Shown one piece after another: positions 12,625 through 23,500 of a stretch of 64,000 nt of DNA. Below the pieces are notes generated by a model, which searched no databases, had not been told where the DNA came from, and saw only the letters and a list, made by a program, of their open reading frames with translations. Each line of letters starts with the position of its first letter. Positions within the stretch are counted from its first letter, which is position 1. This DNA comes from Selaginella moellendorffii. Lineage: Eukaryota > Plantae > Lycopodiophyta. The position numbers were made by a program, and so were the translations under genes. The DNA is taken from assembly GCF_000143415.4 (NCBI RefSeq), contig NW_003314266.1, positions 1,324,463-1,388,462 of the forward strand. Reading direction: 5' to 3'.

Positions 12625-13214
12625 AAGTATCCAAAGATTTTTAACTAATTGGAAAAAGGGGGTGCACTCTTATTCATGGGCCCTTTCCTTCTATATTTGA
12701 ACCCCATGGATCGTCTTTTGGGTCGTTCTCTTTAGTTGCTTACAATCCACCATGTTTCCCTGTAAATTCATGCCCTCGTGAATGGAAATTAAGAGCCACA
12801 TCTCTCCTAAAAGCCCCGCTCTCTTGACACCCTACCCCTTGGGTCAAGCCTAGCGGGAGCAAATTGGACCTACCAGATGTCAATTAACATATGGTGCGAT
12901 TCTCTTAGCCAATTAACAAAATTGGACTCAAGATTCTCTTAGCCAATTACAAAATCGGACTCGAGACCCCCTTTGATACCAAATATAAGCTCATAAATTT
13001 GGAGCTCCCAGGAGGTCACCCAACCTAATATTATTCATGGAGCTCCCAGGAGGTCACCCAACCTAGTATTATTCAAATCCAAGGACACTTAACTCTAAGT
13101 ATCCCAAAACCCTTAACCAATTGGAAAAAGGGGCGCACTCTTATTCATGGGCCCTTTCCTCTATATTTGAATCCTATGGATCATCTTTCGAGTCGTTCTT
13201 TTTTGTTTCTTATA
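12625..13214 (-). mobile_element. Cassandra-type TRIM retrotransposon: 5' LTR 13214-12984 with 5S rRNA-derived core, PBS 12981-12971, ~240 bp internal region, PPT, truncated 3' LTR 12744-12625
   Basis: Direct repeats 12625-12744 and 13097-13214. Minus-strand TGGTATCAAAG (tRNA-iMet PBS) next to the LTR end; GGGAAACATGGTGGAT before TGTAAG. The LTR reads GAGTTAAGTGTCCTTGGATTTGAATAATACTAGGTTGGGTGACCTCCTGGGAG, the plant 5S rRNA A-box/IE/C-box region. Confidence 0.8.
13001..13097 (-). ncRNA. 5S rRNA-derived Pol III promoter segment within the TRIM LTR (C-box part tandemly duplicated, 38 bp: 13000-13037 and 13038-13075)
   Basis: Matches the 5S rRNA internal control region AGTTAAGCGTGCTTGGGCGAGAGTAGTACTAGGATGGGTGACCTCCTGGGAAGTCC. 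No 5S 5' or 3' ends are present. Confidence 0.75.
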
Positions 13215-14749
13215 ATTATCCATTGTTATACTAAATCTATTGTATACTAAAATAGTCATTTGCATAGAGATTTGAAAATTTCCTCTAGTCAAGAGGCTTT
13301 GGAAGTCTAATTGATTTTGCCACTTGGATGCAAAATTTTCAAGGCCAAAACTATTAGTTATCTTGCAACTTATCTTGGAATTTCAAGGCCAAGTCCATGA
13401 GGCTCATTGATCCCAATTAGAGGGGTGTATATAACAAGATGCCACTAAGAGAGTCATTGAATCTTGTTTGAGTTAATGTTTCTATAAATCGTGCTAACAT
13501 AAACTAAGGGATTATCAACTCCCACTCTGGCTATAGAAAGCCGTCGACTCCACTCTCGAAGCACTATTGACACAAGATCTCACTTGGGCACCTCTATTAG
13601 CATTACACTTCATCTCCCAGTTATATAACACCAAGTGTTTTGCCTATAAATCTCCATAGATGGCAAAAATGCCTAGAAAAGATAAGTATGTAAAGGAAAT
13701 CTTGTCTAGCAATAAGGAGTTTAATTGTGGCCAAGTAAAGTTGTCTTGGGAGCTCATGCTTTCTTTCTATGACAAGTTTTGGCTTAATGTTTTTGGGTTA
13801 CTCGCCTATACAAAGTTGTTTGAAAGAGAAATATTGATCCAACAAGGGATCAAACTCATGCAAAAGTGGTACCCAATGGAGTATGCATTTCTTTTTCACG
13901 AGTGAGTCCATCCTTTTGGACTCACCCAATTTGTTAAGATTTTTCGCCTAAACAATAAGGGTGAAATAATCGCAGTGAGCAAGAAGGATCGCATGTTTGA
14001 TTAATACGTCCTCCCTAACTACACATTTGGATAAGGAGGCAACTTCACCTACTTAAAGACTAACTATCATGCTAGGCTTAAGGTGTTATGTGCCATCATC
14101 AATAGAAGGAAGGTTGCATAAAATACTAGTATTAAGATAGCTCACCTATTAGAAGCTATTGAGACTGAAATAAACATAGCTCATTTTGCCTATAATGGAT
14201 TTGTGACTAAAATGAAAAATGTTACCTTACAGGTAGGCAAGTGTCGCAATATAAGCGACTAATTTTTCCATTCTACTTTAGTCACTTAACTGCACCTCCA
14301 ACCACTTGGAGGAGTCTTATTCGCAACCTCCATAAGTCCCATTCAGAACTTGGGGCTTGCCAGCCCCGCAAATGGCATCCACTCCACTCAACCTGTGCAC
14401 TTGGTCTAAGTGCTCCACGTGTCCGATCCCATGACCGACACCCCAAGGTACCACTGACATACCAGCCCGTTACGCTAGGCCATGCCCATCCACCTTGGTC
14501 ACATCGGTGGTCCAACACCACCTGCATTACAATCCCGTCTCTCAAAGACTAGGCCATGCATCCATGAGTGGCTATCCCAGATCCACTCCATAGCATCCTC
14601 AGGATGGGGAATAGCCTTCCCCAATGTCTCTTTTTTGGTCCCCACCAAGTCCCTTCCTGTCCATGGTTGTGTTCACCAACACTGCCACTGGATCAAGGCC
14701 CATAGGCCCGACCACTATGTCCAACTTTCCTTGGGGACTTCCTCACTGT

Positions 14750-15912
14750 TGTAAGGAACCAACTCCCCGAGGTGTCGTAGGCTAAAGGAACCCCGAAAGC
14801 ATGACCAAAATGACAAAGAGTTCATCGGATGGGACCAAGTCGAAGATCAAGTCTAAGACCGACTCTAGGACCGAGTTCGAGATAGAGTCCGGAATCGAGT
14901 CCGAGACCGACTCGGGGACCAAGTTCGAGTCCGAGTTCGAGACCGAGTTCGAGACGGAGTCCAAGATCCGAAATCGGGTCCGAGACCGAGTCCGAGGTCG
15001 AGTCCGAGGTCGGGTCCGAGATCGGGTCCGAGATCAAGTCCGAGATCGAGTCCGAGACCGAATCCGAAGTCGGATCCGAAATCGGGTCCGAGATCGAGCC
15101 AGAGACTAAGTCCAAATACTAATACGGGTCAAGGGGTGAAAGCCCAAAGCGTGCGTCTCCCAGGGGGGGGGGGGGGGGGGGCGGGGGGCTTCAGGGGGTT
15201 CCAAAAGTATAGTAGGGATAGTAAGGTCCAGGAACCAGTTTAAAAGGGACTCTCCAGGGGGGCTCCCAAACTGAATTGAGGTTGGGACTGGGATCGAGGG
15301 GCCTTGGGTGGGAATGAGCATGGACTTGGTTGGGGCCGGAGGGGCCATCCAAGGAAGGGCTCAAAAACAACTCCCACTCCCAAAAGGGAAACCAATTGGG
15401 GGGCTCCCGGCTCATGGGGAGGGGGGCCCCACTTGAGAACCAGGGGGCTCATTGGCCCCCGCCCTTCCTAGGGGCTTGGGCCTTCCTTCGGGATGGAAGT
15501 GGGGGACGAGAGGTACCCATACCAGGCCGCTAGGCCACGGTGTTTTGCCCCGGCGTCCCGAAGCAAGTGTTGCATTCAAGACTTGGGATTTAGAGGGTCC
15601 CATGATCAAGTCTTGTGGTACCAAAGGATGTTAGGAACCTGGAAGCTTGGTGTGCTTGGCTGCTTGTGCTTGCGGGGAGTGTAGCCAAACCTTAAGTCCA
15701 GTCTAACCCGGGGAGGGGGATTGGGAGTGATTTGGGAATCCGTAGATGGATGGCTAACACTCCGTTGCTCGTGCAATGAGTAGCTGAGACCAAGTAGGAG
15801 CTGGTACCATAGGCGAGAACCTTGGCAAGGGAACTTAGCAAAAGCCAAAGCGGTGTTGGATGGATAGACGAGGTAAGCTGGCAAATTGGAAAGGAAAAAT
15901 TTGTGGCTTACA
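14750..15912. mobile_element. Solo LTR (1163 bp, related subfamily) nested in the 3' LTR
   Basis: TGTAAG...CTTACA termini. Perfect 5-bp TSD ACTGT (14745-14749, 15913-15917). Absent at the equivalent site of the 5' LTR (~23490). Confidence 0.92.
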
Positions 15913-16399
15913 ACTGTGTGACTGTGTCGCTTGTCACCACACTAGAGGGCTGCTCCTCTTCCTTTCCACAGTCTGGGACTTTGGGGCAACGTTTCGGAAC
16001 ACCGTGGCCCTATGCAGGCCTCGTGGGTACTCTCCTTGCCTTCTACCTTTGGGTGCTCTAGCCATGGGCTTAGAGCAAGGTTCCGTTGAGCCACACCAGG
16101 TATCCAAGTAAGTAGTGCCACCCACACTTGGACTGGGAGCATCGGCCAATCGATCTCCCGGGGGAACTAGAGCCGGCTCTTGAACACTTCACCAAGTTAC
16201 CCCGCTTGTCGGTCCGTGTTCACTCTAGTCTTGGACTTCCCAGTGGGCAGCTCATCACCCAACACTGGGTCCGGCCTTTCTGGGCCAAACTGGCCTTTCC
16301 TGGCCAAACTGGCTCCACTACAGTCCTCCCCCTACTATACTTTTGGAGCTCGCCAAACCCCCCAGGGTCTGGGAGACGAACGCTTTGGGCTTTCACCCT

Positions 16400-17070
16400 C
16401 TCAGACTTGAACTTGGACTCGGACTCGGACTTGGTCTCGGTCTCAGTCCCGATCTCGATCTCGGTCTCGGTCCCGGTCTCGGTCCTGGTCTCGGTCTCGA
16501 CTTTGGACTCCATCTCGGGTCCATCTCGGACTCCATCTCGGACTCCATCTCGGGTCCATCTCAGACTCCATCTCGGACTCCATCTCGAACTCCATCTCGG
16601 GCTCCACCTCGGGTCCATCTCGGACTCCACCTCGGGTCCATCTCGAACTCCATCTCGGGTCCATCTCGGGTCCATCTCAGACTCCATCTCGGGTCCATCT
16701 CGGACTCCACCTCGGACTCCACCTCGGACTCCATCTCAGGTCCATTTCGGGTCCATCTCAGACTCAATCTTGGATCCATCTCGGACTCCATCTCGGGTCC
16801 ATCTCGGACTCCATCTCGGGTCCATCTCGGACTCCATCTCGGGTCCATCTCGGACTCCATCTTGGACTCCAGCTCGGGTCCATTTCGGGTCCATCTCGGA
16901 CTCCGTCTCGGGTCTGTTTCGGACTCAATCTCGGATCCATCTCGGGTCCACCTCGGACTCCACCTCGGACTCCACCTCGGACTCCACCTTGGACTCTAGC
17001 TCAGACTCCATCTCGGGGTCCTTCTCAGACTCCACTTCAGACTCTAACTCGTGTCCATCTCGGACACTTC
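16400..17070. repeat. CpG-rich LTR minisatellite of interleaved 12-bp CCATCTCGGACT and 11-bp CCATCTCGGGT units, preceded by GACTCG/GTCTCG hexamers (also 19160-19570 inverted, 23980-24650, related 14830-15110)
   Basis: Directly visible repeat units. These generate the many low-complexity ORFs in the ORF track. Confidence 0.95.
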
Positions 17071-18926
17071 CACGTGTCATGTGTTGGTCCTTTTGGGTCC
17101 CTTTTTGGAGCCTCGCTTATTGCTCGCTTCGTGCTCATTCCTCGAGCACTTCGTTGGGAGTTCCACTCCCACTCTCGACCTTTTCAAGTCAGAGCTTTTA
17201 GTCCAAACGTGTTACGCTCGTTTGGCTTTCACTTCGGCCATTACCACGTGGCACCCTTTTGGTTCCACTTTGGGGCCTAGGGATTTTGTGTCTCACAACT
17301 CCACCACCCATAGACGAAGTTCGATGTCCTCATTGAACGATAATTTATTTTATAAAGTAATACCAACTTGTATTACCGTTTCCATCCTTGGCCCCTCGCC
17401 AATATTCGTCAATGGTCTGATATTGAAGGCTCACTATGCCTTCCCCATCCTCTAAGGCGTGTAGTCTCTTCAACTTAGAAACTCATTCGACCACTTGTGG
17501 TGGTTCTCTCCTTTTTACTGGTTTAGTTCTCACTAAACTTGTTAGAGACACCTTCTCTAACCCAATCCCACTACTCATTCTCAAGTGGTTTCACTTTCCA
17601 TCGATATAACCCTTGCACTTTGGAACCTTTTAATTTTGACTTCTCAGAGTCAATTTCCTAAGTGTCTCCAACACCTTACGTTGCACATGGTGCAATTTCA
17701 CTTCTCGTCCTAGGAAGTTCTTTATTTAAGGGCACCATCATCCTCTCTTCGATATTGTGCCACTCTTGGCACTAAGTTCCAGCTATCGTAATTCGTGTTA
17801 GAGTTGTCTATGGCCTTATCATTTGGCTACTTTACCACTCCATCCCTTGGAGCTTCCCCCTTCGCCAAATCGGAGCAATTGGGAACCTATCTTTGGAAAC
17901 ACATTGCTTTCCAATAATCCGTTAGCATCTAACATATTAGTGTTCTTAGACTAACTTTGCCATTTGGCTTCTATCCCATGATTCCCATGGCCCCTTTTCT
18001 TAGCCACTAATCTTTTGCTCCTATCCTTGATTGTTGCACCATGCAACACAGGATCGTCACCTCCATTCTCAAGGTATTCTTTCAATTCCATAGCAAAGAC
18101 TTTGTTTTGCCAAGTCCAGAGGGTACTCACCCCTAGTACGTCTCCTTAGCATTTTCTGCTATGGGCTCTATTATGGCCCAACTTTGAGACCCTCCGATGG
18201 ATCTCTTATAGAGACTACTTTCCTTGGACTTATTATGCCATTGCATTGACAGCTCATTTCCCTTAGGTGTTCCTCCCACTTGGTCACCTTGACTAAGCCA
18301 CACCATCATCAATAGTTCCAATCAACACTTTGAACTTGGAACTTTATCCCTTAACCTCACAAGGACCTTGTCCTTGTTTTAGCCATAAGATCACCTAGTG
18401 ATCTAACCTTGGCACCTTAACAGGTTTGCCAATACATATTAGGTCTTCCAAACCTTTAAGTTGTTCACCATGACCCCGGGGGCATACCCCACACTTGGTG
18501 GTGCACCCAAGCCAACCCTTTCGGCCAAGGGTCCATAGCAACTGAGACTAGGTGTCCCCGTCTCATTCACCACGACCTCAGTGCCACTTGCACCAAAGCG
18601 TTCAAGTTAGATATGCCGAGCTTTCACACTCAGCAATCTAACCGTGCATCACGACTTCGAGGCATCCCTCACTTGGCAGTGTGCACAAACCAGTCTCCTC
18701 ACTGAGAGTCCATGACCACCGAAATATGAGTGTCCTTATATTCCAAACCATCACCACGCCCTAGTGAGTTGGGACTCGAACCCAAGCACTAGAGGGTCGG
18801 GACTTGAACCCAACCTTTGTATATGCATCTACGGACGGCATCACCCAGGATGCCTGGCGTGACTCCCCACGCTGGTGCACCAACTTATATTTAAAGCGCG
18901 CTATAGATCACCGCTTAGGAACTTAG

Positions 18927-20585
18927 TGTGAGACACAAAATCCCTAGGTCCCAAAGTGGAGCCGAAAGGGTGCCACGTGGTAGTGGCCGAAGCGAAAGCC
19001 AAACGAGCGTAACACGTTTGGACTAAAAGCTCTGACTTGAAAGGTCAAGAGCGGGAGTGGAACTCCTAACGAAGTGCTCGAGGAATGAGCACGAAGCGAG
19101 CAATAAGCGAGGATCCAAAAAGGGACCCAAAAGGACCAACACATGACACGTGGAAGTGTCCGAGATGGACCCGAGATGGACCCAAGTTGGAGTCCGAACT
19201 GGAGTCCGAGAAGGACCCGAGATGGAGTCCGAGATGGACCCGAGATGGAGTCCAGGTTGGACCCGACATGGAGTCCGAGATGGACCCGAGATGGAGTCCA
19301 AGATGGAGTCCGAGATGGAGTCCGAGATGGATCCGAGATGGAGTCCGAGATGGACCCGAGATGGACCCAAGATGGAGTCCGAGATGGACCCGAGATGGAG
19401 TTCGAGATGGATCCGAGATGGAGTCTGAGATGGACCCGAGATGGAGTCCGAAATGGAGTCCGAGATGGAGTCCGAGATGGACCCGAGACCGAGACCGAGA
19501 CCAAGGCCGAAGCCGAGACCGAGACCGAGTCCGAGTCCGAAACCGGGACCGAGACCGAGTCCGAATACTAATACAAGCAGTTGGGTGAAAGCCCAAAGCG
19601 ATCATCCCCCCGGGGGGGGGGCTGCAGGGGGTTCCAAAAGTATAGTAGGGAGAGTGTGGGGGTTGGAGCCCAGTGGAGCCAGTTTGGCCAGGAAAGGCTA
19701 GTTTGGCCCAAGAAGGCCATACGCAGTGTTGGGTGATGAACTGACCACTGGGAAGTCCAAGACTAGAGTGAATACGGATCGACAAGCGGGGTAGCTTGGT
19801 GAAGTGTTCAAGAGCCGGCTTTAGTTCCCCCGGGAGATCGACTGGCCGATGCTCCCAGTCCAAGTGTGGGTGGCACTACCTACTTGGATACCTGGTGTGG
19901 CTCAACGAAACCTCGCTGTAAGCCCATGGCTAGAACACCCAAAGGCAGAAGGCAGGGAGAGTACCTATGAGGCCTGCGTAGGGCCACGGTGTTCCTAAAT
20001 GTTGTCCCAAAGACCTAGACTGTGGAAAGGAAGAGGAGTAGTCCACTGGTGTAGTGACCAAGGATACAGTCGAGTGGTGAGGAAGTCCTAGAGGACCGTG
20101 GGACTTAGTGGTCGGGCCTGTGGGCCTCGATCCAGTGGCAGTGTTGGCGAACACGGCCATGGGCAGAAAGGGACTTGGTGAAGACTGGAAAAGGGATATT
20201 GGGGAAGGCTATTCCCCATGTCTGTGGGCATCCTAAGGATGCTAAAGAGTGGATCTGGAATGATCACTCATGGACGGATGGCCCAGTCCTTGAGAGATGG
20301 GACTGCAATGCAGGTGGTGTTAGACCACCGGTGTGACCAAGGTAAAGGGGCATGGCCTTAGCATAACAGGCTGATATGTCGGTGGTACCTTGGGGTGTCG
20401 GTCATGGGATCGGACACGTGGAGCACTTGGATCAAGTGCAAAGGTTGAGTGGCAGGGACGCCATTCTCGGGGCTAGCAAGCCCAAATCTGAAATAGGACT
20501 TATGGAGGTTGTGAGTGAGACTCCTCCAAGTGGTTGGAGGTGTGGTTAAGTGATTAAATTAGAATGGAAAATTTAGTCGCTTACA
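18927..20585 (+). mobile_element. Solo LTR of the same family inserted in inverted orientation inside the element's internal region
   Basis: TGTGAGACAC...AGTCGCTTACA, reverse complement of the flanking LTRs. TSD CTTAG/CCTAG (18922-18926, 20586-20590). Confidence 0.9.
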
Positions 20586-23500
20586 CCTAGTTCCTCCGCA
20601 CTGCCAAGTTTTCTCACTTGACCAGTCTGTGATCATGCATGGACTCCTCCATGCTTGGCCCTATGGGCCACCCTTTTGAAGTTGGCTCCTTCAACTAAGG
20701 TATTCGTTCCCCTGACTTGCCAATCTCACTTAGCAAGTCATCCGACCCGTGAAAGTCCTTAACCATCGACTTTCGTTCAAAGCCCTCTCTTTGAACACTC
20801 GGGAACAACTTCCTTAATCTTGATAGCCTCGCCTCTTGGCAAGCTTGAAGACCACGCTTTTGCTACGCCACTCTAATTTCACGTGCTCTATAAACCATTT
20901 ACACTTGGATGTCTAGGTATTTATCTACCTAGGGGAACGTTCAAGGAACTTTGTTCCTTAGCTTGCTAAGGTCTCTCCATTTGCAAGCTTTCCAATTACC
21001 ATATAGCTTAACATGGACAATCCCATGCTTTAGACTCTCCATGGCATCCCGGTCGTTAGTAACAATATGCTTGAGCACCCACTTGATTCTCCACTCCCAA
21101 TTTCCATACCACCCTTGGTCATGTCTGTCAATTTCTATGGTTCAGTTCTATCATTTTATTACTTGCCTTTTTGGCCCCATACATTTCCTTCGGTTATTCT
21201 CCTCCAGACTAGGAAGATAGCTTTGCAGTTTCTACCATGCCTTGGCAAGTATTCTTAGGGATGAACCTACCCGACAACCTAGGGAGTGGTTCCTCAATCC
21301 AGGTTTGCTCACCTCGTAATCCCACACATTAGGATTACCGTTGCTACTTATGGGCCTTCATATGCCCATCACTAGCCTTGCCAAAATCCCCTTTTTGGCT
21401 TTGTCCAATTTGGGTAGACGGACTTCTCTCGTCTCCGCAACCTTGGACATTTGGATAGCACCCCCTATCCATCATTCACTAGGGACTTTATCCCTTGGGC
21501 ATTATCCATTGACCTCATGCCACAAAACACCACCTTTTTGTGTTCTAGAGCGTTTGGGTGTCCCAATGATGGTCTCTTTGACAATGAGCATTCCCCTTTT
21601 GACATTGACTTACTATATCGCAACATAAGCAATTTATCCCCCATAAGAGTATATCTAACTTCCTTATCCCAATAAGAAGTCTTAGGTAGTTGCCTTTTAC
21701 CAGTTTAACGACTTATTTTGCACCTTTTGCTTAATTGCCTCATAGTTGTCAAGTCCTACAACTCATTGCTAGTGCTTCCACACCTCCATCATTATCTGGG
21801 TCACCACACTCTAACCGCATGCCTTCCAGCATAGGCTATGCTATTCCCATTTCCATTGGGATTCCTTTCGAATGGGTTCTCATAAACCCGCCAACTTGAC
21901 CTCAAGGCAGCACGCCTTGGCACATTCGGTGTCTTCACACCATTGGCTCCACGAGCCTACCTTTATGACACTTTTTACTTGTGTCTAGGTCTTTTTGCCA
22001 AGACCAATATGGTTGTCGCTTATGCCAATTATCCATTCTGCACCATAGAGTTCACGCACAACTTTGCGTCAAAGTTGTTTTCTTCTGGGAAACTCCTTCC
22101 CACGACTTTAGCATGGCACCTTCTGCCATCAATGAGACACACACTGCTCTCATGCTTGGATCTCAAGATCCTCCCCATCCTTCGTGGGGCACCACACACC
22201 TCAGTCCAAATGCTTTCCTCAAGCCCTTAGGATTATACTTTGACTCTATTGGAGTCATTCAACTTTTTAGACTTTGTTAATCCGATGACCCATGAGGTCC
22301 TACTTTTGAAGTGCTAGCTCATTGGAATACAACTCCTTGTATTCATGTCCTACTCCAAGGACCATCTTTTGCAAGTGTTACTCCGACACTTGATTTGTTC
22401 TCTAGGGGCAACGTTTTGCCCTTTAGGACCACTTGTCCATGTGATGAGAATACCAACTCATTTTCTAAATACACCCCCAACTCCTTGGGTTGTTCCAGCA
22501 TTTATTAGAGGTAGTTTCGGCTACCATTTCAAGGACTTGTGTCCTTTTCCGTATTTGACCTCCCGCGGTCATTACTTCTGGTCTCCCATTCATGAGCACC
22601 AACCTCAACTTCATGAGGGTAATCTTGTGACTCCTTTATCATTTGGGAGTCTATATCTTCCCTGTGATCCCAACTATAGTTGTTTACCACAACTATATTA
22701 GCCAGTTTGCTGAGTCAAACGCTCATTTGGATCACATCCTCAACTCAATGAGGAAAACCTTGCACTATTCCCAAGATCCCAAAGTCGTTCCATTATTAGC
22801 CCTTTTCTATCCACCACATTGTCTACAAGTTCACACATGAACTATAATGGAGAGCCATGTCTTCCTGACCTGCTACTCCTCAAGGATAGGCCCACTCTTC
22901 GAACCTTCCGATGCCAACACCAGTGGTGATATACTTGAGCACCAATAAAAGTCGGACTAAGGAACAGCTCCGATACCAAGTTGTAAGCGACTAATTTTTC
23001 CATTCTACTTTAGTCATTTAACTACTCCTCCGACCACTTGGAAGAGTCTCATTCGCAACCTCCATAAGTCCCATTCAGAACTTGGGGCTTGCCAGCCCCG
23101 CGAATGGCATCCACTCCACTCAACCTGTGCACTTGGTCCAAATGCTCCACATGTCCGATCCCATGACCGACACCCCAAGGTACCACTGACATACCAGCCC
23201 GTTACGCTAGGCCATGCCCATCCACCTTGGTCACATCAGTGGTCCAACACCACCTGCATTACAATCCCGTCTCTCAAAGACTAGGCCATGCATCCATGAG
23301 TGGCTATCCCAGATCCACTCCATAGCATCCTCAGGATGCCTGCAGACATGGGGAATAGCCTTCCCCAATGTCTCTTTTCCGGTCCCTACCAAGTCCCTTC
23401 CTATCCATGGTCGTGTTCACCAACACTGCCGCTGGATCAAGGCCCACAGGCCCGACCACTAAGTCCAACTGTCCTCGGGGACTTCCTCACTGTGTGACTG

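Noticed and set aside
13001-13097. Stand-alone 5S rRNA gene
   Set aside because: Only the internal control region is present, diverged, and embedded in an LTR with PBS and PPT.
15163-15188. Long G homopolymer or G-quadruplex
   Set aside because: Expansion of a short G/C run present in the related LTRs (e.g. ~19612); no independent evidence of function.
18765-18815. Two GGTTC(G/A)AGTCCC B-box/T-loop-like motifs on the minus strand (tRNA or SINE?)
   Set aside because: No cloverleaf, A-box or tail could be built; likely a short local duplication.
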